A stretch of 64,000 bases of DNA, taken from positions 10,320-74,319 of the forward strand of contig JAWBZR010000003.1 in assembly GCA_044343545.1 (NCBI GenBank), written 5' to 3'. The notes under the pieces are model-generated. The model ran no database searches. It was not told the origin of the DNA and saw nothing but the letters and a program-made list of their open reading frames with translations. Below, one piece after another: positions 47,817 to 58,165 of this stretch (its first letter is position 1; every line of letters begins with the position of its first letter). This DNA comes from Candidatus Aenigmatarchaeota archaeon (GTDB taxonomy: Archaea; Aenigmatarchaeota; Aenigmatarchaeia; CG10238-14). Position numbers and translations under genes: made by a program.

Positions 47817-48395
47817 TTAATCATCCAAATTAAATGTTTTTAGAAATCTTTTCTTCACAAATTTTGGATATTTTTTTATGTATTCTTTCATTCTTTTCTT
47901 GTCAATTTTTAGTTTAGAAATTATTTTCTTATCAAGTGGTTGCTTGAAATAAATTAAATCTATTAGTGTTTTTTCTTTGTCTGAAACTGGAATAAGAAAA
48001 TTGTCGTAGTTGATTAGCTCGTATCCGAAAAAATATTTTTTGTTTATTCTTCTCACTATGACATTTGTGCCAAAAACCTCTCTCTTCCCACTTCTTATTT
48101 TTTTAGGTGTTACTATTATTGTGTTTGTTTCTTGCTCCCAAAGATTATGTATGCTTAAAGCAGCTTGCAAACCTATATAAGATGGTCTTATGGCAAACAC
48201 AATTAATGTAGGATCATCGTATAAAGTGTAAAATCCTTTTTCAATTCTTTTGATTTTGTCTTTTTTCAACAAATAATTTAACAAGACATTTGCATAATTT
48301 TCGTTTCTTGTCAAGAGTATTATATCTCTAGTACTCACCACAGGATTTTTCTTGAATAAATCCATTATTCGTGACAAATATTTTATTTTGCCCAT
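47817..48395 (-). CDS. AbiEi-like (COG5340) antitoxin/transcriptional regulator
   Basis: N-terminal wHTH-like KYLSRIMDLFKKNPVVSTRDIILLT plus a C-terminal domain. Overlaps the upstream AbiEii-like gene by 13 nt. Confidence 0.45.
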   Translation of the reverse strand: MGKIKYLSRIMDLFKKNPVVSTRDIILLTRNENYANVLLNYLLKKDKIKRIEKGFYTLYDDPTLIVFAIRPSYIGLQAALSIHNLWEQETNTIIVTPKKIRSGKREVFGTNVIVRRINKKYFFGYELINYDNFLIPVSDKEKTLIDLIYFKQPLDKKIISKLKIDKKRMKEYIKKYPKFVKKRFLKTFNLDD

Positions 48396-49039
48396 ATTTC
48401 TATCGCCTTTATTAAATCTTCCAGCTTTGGAACGGCACCTGAAATTATCAAAGTAGGTAAATTCTTTTCGTCTAACGGTGGTTTGAAATTTTTTAAAAGG
48501 TTGTTTATCAATTTTGAAATTTCTTTTTTTTCTTTTACGTAATTTAGCAAAAAGTATATATCGTAAAGATCTCTTACTTTTTGTCTTTTTTCATATGCCT
48601 TTATTTTTTCCTTAATTATTTCTTCTGGAGTTAAAGTGTAAACAATAATAAATGTTCCGTCAGATAATTCAAACTCTTTTGAAACATAGTTTTTTATGTT
48701 TTCAAAAACAACTTCGAATCTAATTATTGCATTGTTGTAGGCAAATGCTGAATATATGGAATTTTCTGTTTCTTTGAATTTTTGCGTTTGGAAGCCAATC
48801 TTTTCTAGATTTTCCCTGAATTTTTTTAATTGAGTTGAATTTTTTAGTTTTTTCGGTAAATATACATCTATATCTTCTGAAAATCTATTGCCAGAATAAC
48901 ACCTCCATATTGCTGTGCCGCCGTGTATGATAGGAGTAGTTAATGTTTTGTACATCTCAATTACCAATAAATCTTGGGCTAAAGCTATGTCTTTATGATG
49001 CTTTTTTTTGAGTTTTTTTTCTATTGGAAGTATGACCAT
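48383..49039 (-). CDS. AbiEii/DUF1814-family nucleotidyltransferase (type IV TA toxin)
   Basis: IHGGTAIWRCYSGNRFSEDIDVYLP matches the GGTAL...R.SEDIDF signature of AbiEii. Confidence 0.6.
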   Translation of the reverse strand: MVILPIEKKLKKKHHKDIALAQDLLVIEMYKTLTTPIIHGGTAIWRCYSGNRFSEDIDVYLPKKLKNSTQLKKFRENLEKIGFQTQKFKETENSIYSAFAYNNAIIRFEVVFENIKNYVSKEFELSDGTFIIVYTLTPEEIIKEKIKAYEKRQKVRDLYDIYFLLNYVKEKKEISKLINNLLKNFKPPLDEKNLPTLIISGAVPKLEDLIKAIEIWAK

Positions 49040-49463
49040 AAATATAAATTAACCATACTTATATATAAATATAATTTTGGTTGATTTAATCTAAAATTTT
49101 ATAAAATAATTTTAGAGTTTTTGGACTCCAAAACCTTAAATTAAAATACAGTTAAATTTTAATCATACCAAAATTAAATTGTTTTATTAGATTTTAATTT
49201 TTTGAATGTTTTTACATTTCATTTTTTTGGCTTGTAAGTGTATTTCTGCTTTTTTATTTTAACTTTTACTTGGTAGAATTTGTCGTTGAAGAAACATATT
49301 AAAAAATTTTATAATTTTTTAAGAATTTCCAACATTCCTTTATATCTTTTTATTATTCTAGAAATTTCCTTATCTATTTCATTTAAAGGCACTTTCATCG
49401 TATCTATTCTATCATCAGGATATATTATTTATAATGGTACCTCTATTACAGATTCTAACTATT

Positions 49464-50606
49464 TTATAATGCTTTCTGTTTTTTATAAAATTCATGTTTT
49501 TTATATGAAATAAATTTTTTAAAATTATGAATGCCGTCATCATTACTTGTAATATTTTTAGATTTAAAAAATTTCATAGTTTTTCTTAATTTTGTTAACT
49601 CAAATAATTTAATAAATCCACCTTTTTTAAGAGATTGGTACCAAATTTTAACTTTAAAATTTGTATCATAAAACATCCAAAATTGTAATAAAAAATTATA
49701 TATTATATAATCAAATATCCACATCAACTTATCTTTTATTAATAAATTTTTATTACAAAAAATTTTTTTTGCTATATAAATATTCGATAAAAAACTGATA
49801 ATAAAAGTGAAAAATATCATACCAAGTTTTTTATCAAGTTTTGAACAAAATTTGAAAAAAATCCTAAACATTTTTACATGTTTTTCAGAAAAATATAAAG
49901 GATTACCATCTATTTTATATACTTTATTGCCATAATTTAAAATTAATAGTAATTTGTAACCAAACTGATAAGAATCTATAAATGTTTGATTAATTACATT
50001 TTTTAATCTTTTTTTAAGATAATAATTTGAATTATGAAATATAATAACTTTATTTAAGTGCTGCGGTTTTTCTTTAGTAAAGTAATGCCAATGTATTATA
50101 CCTATTGGAGTTACATAATTTTTATTGAAAAATCTTATTAATATAGATTGAAATCTTTTTGACGGATAATCTTCTTTTCTTACTATTGTAAATACATTAG
50201 ATTTAAATGATTTATTTTTGCTTAAATTGTATAAACTTTTATCATTTATATTTTCATCATCTTCTATAATAAATATCCATCTATATTTACATAAAGAAAA
50301 TCCTATATAATAAAAAAATACAGACGTCCCTAAAGGAGGAAAATTAAATATTCTTATTTTATTTTCTTTTTCTAAATGTTTTTTTATTTCATAATAAAAT
50401 TCTAATTTGCTATTATCTAAAATTATTATTTCATCAAAATATTTTTTTAATTTTTTAGCTAATTTTATTACATTTTCCGGTTTATTCATCGAAATAATAA
50501 TTGCAGATACTTTATTCATAAAGATACCTCGATATACTTTCATTATATAAACTTTTAACTTCATCTGATGACAAACTTTTATTATAAATTCTAATTTCAC
50601 CGACAA
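49464..50606 (-). CDS. glycosyltransferase family 2-like protein (start uncertain)
   Basis: VSAIIISMNKPENV..FDEIIILDNS resembles the GT2 N-terminal Rossmann segment. Extremely AT-rich. Likely true start at internal MNKVSAII. Confidence 0.4.
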   Translation of the reverse strand: MSVKLEFIIKVCHQMKLKVYIMKVYRGIFMNKVSAIIISMNKPENVIKLAKKLKKYFDEIIILDNSKLEFYYEIKKHLEKENKIRIFNFPPLGTSVFFYYIGFSLCKYRWIFIIEDDENINDKSLYNLSKNKSFKSNVFTIVRKEDYPSKRFQSILIRFFNKNYVTPIGIIHWHYFTKEKPQHLNKVIIFHNSNYYLKKRLKNVINQTFIDSYQFGYKLLLILNYGNKVYKIDGNPLYFSEKHVKMFRIFFKFCSKLDKKLGMIFFTFIISFLSNIYIAKKIFCNKNLLIKDKLMWIFDYIIYNFLLQFWMFYDTNFKVKIWYQSLKKGGFIKLFELTKLRKTMKFFKSKNITSNDDGIHNFKKFISYKKHEFYKKQKAL

Positions 50607-52878
50607 TTATTTTTCCAAAATAACCAACCGGCTCTTTTGCAATAGTAATAGGATCTTTAAGATTTATTACATCATAAAAATACATATATTCATTATTTAA
50701 TTCACCATCAACATAAATTTTTAAAAATGTTTTATTTTTAGAAATAGTAAACATATGCCAAGAATTTTCAATTCTAGAAGGTGAAGTATTAAAATCAAAA
50801 ATATGCCAAACATAACTTGAATTTTGCAAATGAAAACTTATTCTAGTATAATTATTATTAATTTGTAAACTCCATTCTCTATCTTTTCTTATTATGTTTT
50901 GAATTTTGTTATGTGTTGTACCATTGAGTTTTAGCCAAATAGATATTGTAAATGTTTCACCTGTTTCTAAAGAATCAGAATGTGGAATATATATATATGA
51001 ATTATTGCCGTTTAAATATAAAATGCAACTATTAAGTTTTGTTTTTAACCACACGCCATTATTTATTTTTCCATTATTTCCATAACCCGAATAATCATAA
51101 ATCATATCACCGGAACATTCGTCTATTTTCCAAAAACCTAATAAGTTGTCATGATTTTCAGTATATAGATTTACTTTGTATATAGTAATATTTTCTAATT
51201 TTAAAACCGGTGTGAAATATTTAAAAGATGTATTAATATATGTTTTTATTGTGTCATAATAAAATTGATTAACCAAAATATAATTATTTTCAAATATTAT
51301 AAAGCTAATATTGTTTTTTTCAAAAATTTCTCTTGGAAAATTTTGATTATTAAGATTTTCAAGAATTTTATGATATACATCCGATTTTGGAATATTAATT
51401 TTAGTATCATATAAATTGGAAATATAAAGAGGAATGTTGCTCATAAATGATTGTCGCCAATCAACAATACCATAAACTGGAATCCAAATATAATTTTGAT
51501 TTGGATTTTGCTTTATAAATTCAAAAACACTATCATAATATTGTGGTATACTCACTGGATTTAAAAGCTTAGAATATATTTTTGTTTGAACATAGAAATA
51601 GTAACAAACTGGCGGTAATATAATTACTAATGATAAAATGAGTATAAAAATAGGATATTTTTTTGTATAATAAATTAATAATATGGAAACTAAAATAAAA
51701 CCAAAAGAAAAAACTATATTTAAATTAGCAAGAGCATTTATAAATGGGGAAAAGATAATATTAGGTAAGATTTTAGAAATATTTAATAATATTTTAGAAA
51801 TAAAATTAGAATTATGAAACCCGTTCATAAAAAACATAAAAATAATTATCGTCAAAAAAATACCTAAAGAAATTTCATACAACCAATTATTGTTTTTATT
51901 TAAAAAAATAATAGTTGACCAAAATACAAATGCAAATGGAAGGTAAACTAAAAAATTTGAAGGAAAAACAATTTGTTCTTTGTATATTATACTATATTTT
52001 GTATTTATTTCTTCTTCTTTAAATGAGAATGTTAATATGTTGATAAAAGGCTGGCCCCAATAATCAATTTTAGATTTTGTAAATTTTATCATTTCTTGAG
52101 TTGGATTAATATAAGTAAAGTATATAATATCAAAAAAAATATAACAACTAGATATAATAATTGGGAGGAAGAACAATAAAAAATATTTAAAATTTTTTTT
52201 GTAAATAACTATATTTAAATAGAGAAAAAATACGAAAGTATATGCCAGAATAAAAAATGGTGGATTTGCTACCAAAAAAAATCCCACAAAGCCAAGTAAA
52301 ATATTTTCGAAAATCAATTTTTTTATGTCAAAATTATTAATAAGTTTAAAATAAATATTGATCATAAGAGAAAAAAATATCGGCGCAAAAATATACGGTA
52401 TTTGAAATTGAGGCAAAAAATAATTCTTAATAAGACCTGCATTTGTATATATATTAAAAGCGTAAAACAAAGAAAGTAGATATATTATTATATTAACAAA
52501 ATTAGATTTATTTTTTGAAAATATCAAATTACTTATTTTATTTAAAGACAATATGGAAGAGCAAAAAGATAAATAATGATAAATTATAATTGATAGTTTC
52601 CATGATAAAATTTTATTTCTTAAAAAAAGAAATATTATTTCAACAATAATATAAGATGGGAAGAACCAAAAACCAAAAGGTGATTTAGACATTCTTAAAA
52701 ATTCAGAAAAAGAGATAGCTGCCGATCCATTATCTACAAAACCGCTATATCCTTCTTTTAATAAGTATCTACATATTAATAAAGAAAATAAAATTGGAAT
52801 GAAAAAATAAAACAATAATGTTTTTAAAATTTTTTTAAAATTTAACTTTTTACAATTTGTTTCCATTGGAATTGTCAC
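50512..52878 (-). CDS. large polytopic membrane protein with C-terminal LamG/concanavalin-A-like jelly-roll domain
   Basis: ~14 TM helices, then WKIDECSGDMIYDYSGYGNNGKINNGVWL..FTISIWLKL..GEIRIYNKSLSSDEVKSLY (Laminin_G_3-type pattern). Overlaps neighbouring GT genes. Confidence 0.5.
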   Translation of the reverse strand: MTIPMETNCKKLNFKKILKTLLFYFFIPILFSLLICRYLLKEGYSGFVDNGSAAISFSEFLRMSKSPFGFWFFPSYIIVEIIFLFLRNKILSWKLSIIIYHYLSFCSSILSLNKISNLIFSKNKSNFVNIIIYLLSLFYAFNIYTNAGLIKNYFLPQFQIPYIFAPIFFSLMINIYFKLINNFDIKKLIFENILLGFVGFFLVANPPFFILAYTFVFFLYLNIVIYKKNFKYFLLFFLPIIISSCYIFFDIIYFTYINPTQEMIKFTKSKIDYWGQPFINILTFSFKEEEINTKYSIIYKEQIVFPSNFLVYLPFAFVFWSTIIFLNKNNNWLYEISLGIFLTIIIFMFFMNGFHNSNFISKILLNISKILPNIIFSPFINALANLNIVFSFGFILVSILLIYYTKKYPIFILILSLVIILPPVCYYFYVQTKIYSKLLNPVSIPQYYDSVFEFIKQNPNQNYIWIPVYGIVDWRQSFMSNIPLYISNLYDTKINIPKSDVYHKILENLNNQNFPREIFEKNNISFIIFENNYILVNQFYYDTIKTYINTSFKYFTPVLKLENITIYKVNLYTENHDNLLGFWKIDECSGDMIYDYSGYGNNGKINNGVWLKTKLNSCILYLNGNNSYIYIPHSDSLETGETFTISIWLKLNGTTHNKIQNIIRKDREWSLQINNNYTRISFHLQNSSYVWHIFDFNTSPSRIENSWHMFTISKNKTFLKIYVDGELNNEYMYFYDVINLKDPITIAKEPVGYFGKIIVGEIRIYNKSLSSDEVKSLYNESISRYLYE

Positions 52879-53794
52879 CTTTTTTAATTTTTAAAAGTAA
52901 ATTAAATGCATCTATAGTTCCAGAAAAATATGCTTTTATTAATATCAACTTTTTTTTTAAACTAAAATCAGATTTAAGTAAAATATTTATAATATAGAAT
53001 AACAAAATTATCCAATTAAAAATTGAAACAAAAATAATAAATTCGTATAAATTCGAATATTTAAAATGAAAAATTATTCTGTTTCTAGCAGTAAAATATG
53101 TTCTACTATATGTTTCAAAACCTGTAAATTTTGTTCTTTTAGCATTATGCCAAATTTTAGCGTCTGTATTACAAAAAATTCTAAATTTTGATTGTTTAAC
53201 TCTTTGACAAAAATCTGCTTCATCATAATGGATAGGGAATTCTTTATGATTTAATAATCCAACTTTATAAAAAACTTTCCTTCTTACCATAAAAGCATTT
53301 GGAAAATCGTCAGATGGTATTAATTTTTTTATTTTACCATTATCTATTTTATCTTTGTAGATAAAAAGTGTTGAAGATGTTACCATATTTCTTCTTATAC
53401 CAGCACACCAAATTCTTTTTGGATCAGAAAGATAATACATAGTTGGCCCTAATACTCCTATCATATTATCTTTTTCCATTGTTTTAACAAGTTCAAAAAT
53501 ACAATTCTTATCTATTACATTATCATCATCTATTAAAAAAACATAATCACCTACTGAATTTTTAATACCAATATTTCTAGAATTTGCCAAAAGAAGATTT
53601 TTTTTATTTCTAATAATTTTTACAGATGGATACTTTTTTCTTATTAAATCATATGTTCCATCAGTAGAGGCATCATCTATGACAATTATTTCTAATTTAT
53701 TTTTAGGATAATTACTATTTAATATTGATTCAATTAATGATAGTAGTTCGTTCTTACGGTTATAAGTCGGGATTACTACGGACACTTTTTTCAT
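52850..53794 (-). CDS. glycosyltransferase family 2
   Basis: VSVVIPTYNRKNEL; VIDDASTDGT; DxD FLIDDDN; C-terminal TM helices. Confidence 0.75.
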   Translation of the reverse strand: MKKVSVVIPTYNRKNELLSLIESILNSNYPKNKLEIIVIDDASTDGTYDLIRKKYPSVKIIRNKKNLLLANSRNIGIKNSVGDYVFLIDDDNVIDKNCIFELVKTMEKDNMIGVLGPTMYYLSDPKRIWCAGIRRNMVTSSTLFIYKDKIDNGKIKKLIPSDDFPNAFMVRRKVFYKVGLLNHKEFPIHYDEADFCQRVKQSKFRIFCNTDAKIWHNAKRTKFTGFETYSRTYFTARNRIIFHFKYSNLYEFIIFVSIFNWIILLFYIINILLKSDFSLKKKLILIKAYFSGTIDAFNLLLKIKKGDNSNGNKL

Positions 53795-54612
53795 AATTTC
53801 ACCTTACTCGCTAAAGAACCAAAGACAACGGAAAAATATTCCATTAACTTAAAAAAAATTAAACTACTAGCTAATATAGGCTTTGAATAAAATTTTTTAT
53901 TTTTTAAAAATATCGAAAATCTATAAAAAATACTTGTCTGCTTTTTTGCATAATCACCAAATTTATTTTTATAAACCGACAATGTTTTTCCATAATAGAA
54001 TTTCTTTTTCATCCACTTCAAAAAAGAAAAATTATATTCATTATGAATTATTTCACTGGAAATTCTGTAATTCACTTTATATCCTAACTTTTCTATTTTC
54101 TGTGGCAAAGTGTTTTCTTCAAAAAAAACAACACTTTCATCAAAACCATTGACTTTAATAACTAAATCTTTAGGAAAGAACCTTGCAGATTCTATAGGAG
54201 TATTAGCATAAAAACTTCTTTCAAAATCTCTTACTCTAACCCAGTATGATCTGCCTATAGATCTTTCTGGAATTATTATACCACCTATTTTTTCTTTTGA
54301 ACATAAATCAACACAATCTTTAATTACATTTTTTGTTAATTCCATATCAGAATCTATAAAAAGCAAATATTCACCTTTTGCTTTTTTAGCCCCAAAATTC
54401 TTCTGCTCACTCCTTTCAGATGCTTTGATCTGAAAAACTTTTCTAGTATATTTTCTAGCAATCTCCACAGTTCTATCCTTTGAAAACTTGTCTACAACGA
54501 TTATCTCAATATTCTTGTAGCTTTGATTCTTAACAGACTCTAAACATCTTTCTAAAGTCTTTTCAGAGTTAAAAGTTGGTATAATAACCGAAACTAGAGA
54601 ATCATTAAACAT
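53791..54612 (-). CDS. glycosyltransferase family 2
   Basis: VSVIIPTFNSEKTLERCL; IIVVDKFSKDRT; FIDSDM (DxD). Confidence 0.75.
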   Translation of the reverse strand: MFNDSLVSVIIPTFNSEKTLERCLESVKNQSYKNIEIIVVDKFSKDRTVEIARKYTRKVFQIKASERSEQKNFGAKKAKGEYLLFIDSDMELTKNVIKDCVDLCSKEKIGGIIIPERSIGRSYWVRVRDFERSFYANTPIESARFFPKDLVIKVNGFDESVVFFEENTLPQKIEKLGYKVNYRISSEIIHNEYNFSFLKWMKKKFYYGKTLSVYKNKFGDYAKKQTSIFYRFSIFLKNKKFYSKPILASSLIFFKLMEYFSVVFGSLASKVKL

Positions 54613-54989
54613 AATTTAATAATGAAAGAAAAAAAACATTAATAAATTTCGTAAAAACTTCAATAAGAAAAAATTAAATACTTAAAATGAAAGCTGGAAA
54701 TAAGGGAGAGAATGATGGAGAGGAGAGGGTATAGAGAAGGTTATCCGTATGGTTGTTTAGGTATTTGTACAAGCATACTTTTTTTGTGTTCCTGCCTATC
54801 TTGTGCAATTTATATTGTTTCATTATACTACCTGAACAATTTAACACAAATCAAAGAGGTATATGAAAATCTATTGAGGTTGGTTTTCCATTAATTAAAA
54901 TTTTATAAACTAAAACTAGCCTTCACGTAAATTCTAAATAAATATTCTGAATTGAAAGAAAGGCTGAGAAACAAAACATTGCAATTAAG

Positions 54990-55062
54990 CGCCCTGGGCC
55001 GGACTCGAACCGGCGACCTTTTGGTTAACAGCCAACTGCTCTACCTGCTGAGCTACCAGGGC
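54990..55062 (-). tRNA. tRNA-Asn (GTT)
   Basis: Reverse complement folds as acceptor gccctgg/ccagggc, D arm tagctcagcaggtagagc, anticodon loop ctGTTaa, T arm gccgg-ttcgagt-ccggc, discriminator G. Immediately downstream of gatB. Confidence 0.85.
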
Positions 55063-55094
55063 ACAAACAATTCATAATTATTCAACTATAATTT

Positions 55095-56486
55095 TTATAT
55101 TTTCCTCAATAAAATTTCCCTAATTTTCTTTGGGTCAGCTTGTTTATTTGTCTTTGCCAACACAACTCCTATGAGAAATTCTATTACCTTTGTCTTTCCT
55201 GCCTTGTACTCTTCCACCACCTTGCTATTTTCCTTCACGGTTTTTTCAACTATCTCTTCCAAAGTAGCATCATCTATCTTCTTCAACTTACCTTCAACAA
55301 TCTTTCTCGGAGAAATTCCAGTATCGACATATTCTTTTATGAGCTCCTTTGCATATCTTTCAGTAATAATTTTTTTATCTATCAATTCGAGAAACTCTAC
55401 AAATTCTGTTGGTTTGACTTTTGACTCTCTTATGCTTATGTTATGCCAATTCAAGCTTTTCAACAAGTAAGTGATTATCCATTTTGCCGCTTCAGGTGGC
55501 TTGTTATATATCTTGCAGCAATCTTCGAAAAAGTCAGCCAAATATTTATCCGTGTAAACTATCACCTTTGCCTGATATTCGCTCAAGCCATAATCAGAAA
55601 TAAACCTTTTAACTCTATCATTTGGCAATTCAGGCATGACGGCTTTTATTTGCTCTATCCACTCGTCTGTTATCTCTATCTTCGGCAAGTCCGGATCAAA
55701 AATATAACCATAATCTTCTTCATACTCTTTCTTTCTCAAACTCTTAGTAATTCTTCTCTCAGCATCATAATGCCTTGTTTCTCTTTCTATCTTGACATTC
55801 ATCCTCAACAATCCTTTCTGCCTCACTATTTCATAGTTTAAAGCCTTTTCGACGTCGGCAAACCCACTAACATTTTTTATTTCTATTCTTTCCCCACCCT
55901 CCAAGGAGATATTTGCATCGACTCTTAGAGATGCCTCACGAGAAGCATCATAAACACCTAAATGTTCTAAAATAGAAGAAAGTTTCTCCAAAAATTCTCT
56001 AACCTGCTTCGGTGACGTAAAGTCAGGCTCGGTGACGATTTCTAAGAGTGGCACGCCAGCTCTATTATAATCAACTAAAACATACTTTGCGGTGGTGATA
56101 TCGCCACCCACATGCAAAAGTTTGGCCGGATCTTCCTCCAAGTGAATTCTTCTTATCCTTACCTTTCCTTCCTCTGTCTCTAAAAAACCATCAACAGCCA
56201 AGGGTATCTCGTATTGCGTTATTTGATAATTTTTTGCCATGTCAGGATAAAAATAGGACTTTCTCGAAAAAAAGATAGTTTTGTTTATTTTACAATTTAA
56301 AGCCAAAGCAACCATTATACCATAATCCAAGGCTTTCTTATTAATTTTTGGCTTCGAACCAGGAAAACCTAAACAAATGGGGCAAACATTTTTATTGGGT
56401 TCCGCAACTTCGATGCCATCGCTACAAAAAAGTTTTGTTTTCGTCGAAAGCTGGCAATGAATTTCCAAACCAATCATCACTTTCAT
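55095..56486 (-). CDS. gatB: aspartyl/glutamyl-tRNA(Asn/Gln) amidotransferase subunit B
   Basis: N-terminus MKVMIGLEIHCQL and GatB catalytic core; C-terminal YqeY-like tail. Confidence 0.9.
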   Translation of the reverse strand: MKVMIGLEIHCQLSTKTKLFCSDGIEVAEPNKNVCPICLGFPGSKPKINKKALDYGIMVALALNCKINKTIFFSRKSYFYPDMAKNYQITQYEIPLAVDGFLETEEGKVRIRRIHLEEDPAKLLHVGGDITTAKYVLVDYNRAGVPLLEIVTEPDFTSPKQVREFLEKLSSILEHLGVYDASREASLRVDANISLEGGERIEIKNVSGFADVEKALNYEIVRQKGLLRMNVKIERETRHYDAERRITKSLRKKEYEEDYGYIFDPDLPKIEITDEWIEQIKAVMPELPNDRVKRFISDYGLSEYQAKVIVYTDKYLADFFEDCCKIYNKPPEAAKWIITYLLKSLNWHNISIRESKVKPTEFVEFLELIDKKIITERYAKELIKEYVDTGISPRKIVEGKLKKIDDATLEEIVEKTVKENSKVVEEYKAGKTKVIEFLIGVVLAKTNKQADPKKIREILLRKI

Positions 56487-57859
56487 TCTATCGCCCCTGC
56501 CACCGTTATCAACTTACCTTCTTGAAAGTGATCTGCCATTAAATGTATACCAGCCGGCAAGCCGTTAACAAAACCTGCAGGTAAAGATATCATAGGTATG
56601 CCTGCCATATTGGGAGCGATGGTTAAAACATCCATCATATAATTTTCTATTGGTTTCAGTTTTTCTATTTCATCAAACCTTAAAGGTAAAACAGGCATAG
56701 ATGGAGCTGCCAAGATATCAAATTTCTTGAATGCTTGCTTAAATTCTTGAATTATTTTTGTCCTTATTTTCAAAGCTTTCAAATAATAAGCATCTCTGTA
56801 ACCTGCCATTCTTGCATATGTACCCAAAATGATTCTTCTTTTAGCCTCTTCGCCGAAGTTCTTGCTCCTCACTTTGGAAAAAAATTCTTCAAAGTTACCT
56901 TTTATTTCTTCCGTAGCACCATACCTCATTCCACAATATTTTGCTAAATTAGTCGAAGCCTCGCTAACAGCGATTAGATAATAAGCAGGTATTGCATATT
57001 TTGTCATAGGTAAAGAAATCTCTTCATAATGAGCTCCTAAAGATTCTAACTGCTTTATTTTTTGCCACACAAGCTTTGCTATCCTTTCATCCACACCCTC
57101 GCTAAAATATTCTTTCGGTACACCAATCTTCATCCCCTTAACATCCTTGTCTAAGTATTTTGTAAAATCTTCCTCAGGCAAATCTTGACTTGTGGAATCT
57201 AAAGGATCGTAACCGGCAATTATTGAAAGCATAAATGCGACATCAAAAACTTCCTTTGCTATCACGCCTATTTTATCCATGCTATTAGCATAATCTATCA
57301 AACCAAAACGGGAAACCCTGCCATAGGTTGGAGTTAAACCTACGGTTCCAGTGAAAGCTGCCGGTGCTGTAATGCTTCCTCCAGTTGATTCAGCTATGGC
57401 TATATGAGGAAAATCGGCTGCCGCAGCTATACAACCAGCACCACCACTGCTACCTCCACAACTTCTCTCGACGTCAAAAGGATTTTTTGGTATAACATAC
57501 GCACAATTTGTACAAAAAGTGCCAAAACCAAACTCGTCTTGAGCTGTCTTGCCCAATATAAAACCTCCTTCTTTTTTTATTTTAGCTATGCAAGTGGCAT
57601 CAAAAGGTGGTATGTAACCTTCCAATATTTTGGAGCCAGCAGTAGTTTGTAGATCTTTAGTACATATACAATCTTTAACTGAAATTGGTAAACCGAACAA
57701 TCTCTTGCCAAAATTGCCCTCTATTTTTTTGTTTATTGTTATAAAAGGCTTGTATTTTTCCTGTATTTTTTCAGTTTTTTCCAAAACTTTTGAAAGAAAA
57801 TCCAATATATCTATATCACCTGCTTCGGCTCTTTCTAAAAATTCTCTCACGCTTTTCAT
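56483..57859 (-). CDS. gatA: aspartyl/glutamyl-tRNA(Asn/Gln) amidotransferase subunit A (amidase signature)
   Basis: Amidase signature GGSSGGAGCIAAAAD. Overlaps gatB by 4 nt. Confidence 0.9.
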   Translation of the reverse strand: MKSVREFLERAEAGDIDILDFLSKVLEKTEKIQEKYKPFITINKKIEGNFGKRLFGLPISVKDCICTKDLQTTAGSKILEGYIPPFDATCIAKIKKEGGFILGKTAQDEFGFGTFCTNCAYVIPKNPFDVERSCGGSSGGAGCIAAAADFPHIAIAESTGGSITAPAAFTGTVGLTPTYGRVSRFGLIDYANSMDKIGVIAKEVFDVAFMLSIIAGYDPLDSTSQDLPEEDFTKYLDKDVKGMKIGVPKEYFSEGVDERIAKLVWQKIKQLESLGAHYEEISLPMTKYAIPAYYLIAVSEASTNLAKYCGMRYGATEEIKGNFEEFFSKVRSKNFGEEAKRRIILGTYARMAGYRDAYYLKALKIRTKIIQEFKQAFKKFDILAAPSMPVLPLRFDEIEKLKPIENYMMDVLTIAPNMAGIPMISLPAGFVNGLPAGIHLMADHFQEGKLITVAGAIE

Positions 57860-57865
57860 GAGGCA

Positions 57866-58165
57866 TCACACGATTTTCGGTCCTTTAAAGTATCCGTTCT
57901 CTTTATGAATTGTGTTTGACAAAGGATCCCACTTGAAATCCTTTTGTTCATCTTCTCTCCACTGATTTTTAATTTCAATAGGATGAAAAGATGGTTCGAC
58001 ATCGCGTGTATCAACCTCATCAATCTCTTTAAATACTTGTAATATCTCTTCAAGTTGTTTTAGATACTTTTTCTTTTCATCCTCCGTTAATTCAAGCTTG
58101 GCAACCATACAAACATGCTCTACGAGCTTTTCATCCATTTTCCAATAATCGGTCATTTTTATCAC
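57866..58165 (-). CDS. gatC: aspartyl/glutamyl-tRNA(Asn/Gln) amidotransferase subunit C
   Basis: ~95 aa; EHVCMVAKLELTEDEKKKYLKQLEEIL is the typical GatC helix. Overlaps the aspS stop. Confidence 0.7.
   Translation of the reverse strand: MIKMTDYWKMDEKLVEHVCMVAKLELTEDEKKKYLKQLEEILQVFKEIDEVDTRDVEPSFHPIEIKNQWREDEQKDFKWDPLSNTIHKENGYFKGPKIV

Noticed and set aside
49280-49513. 77-aa plus-strand ORF in the AT-rich spacer
   Set aside because: It lies in an ~80% AT intergenic tract where random ORFs are expected. It has no motif and overlaps the start region of the 49464-50606 gene.
55140-55841. Three plus-strand ORFs opposite gatB
   Set aside because: They are antisense to a highly conserved gatB.
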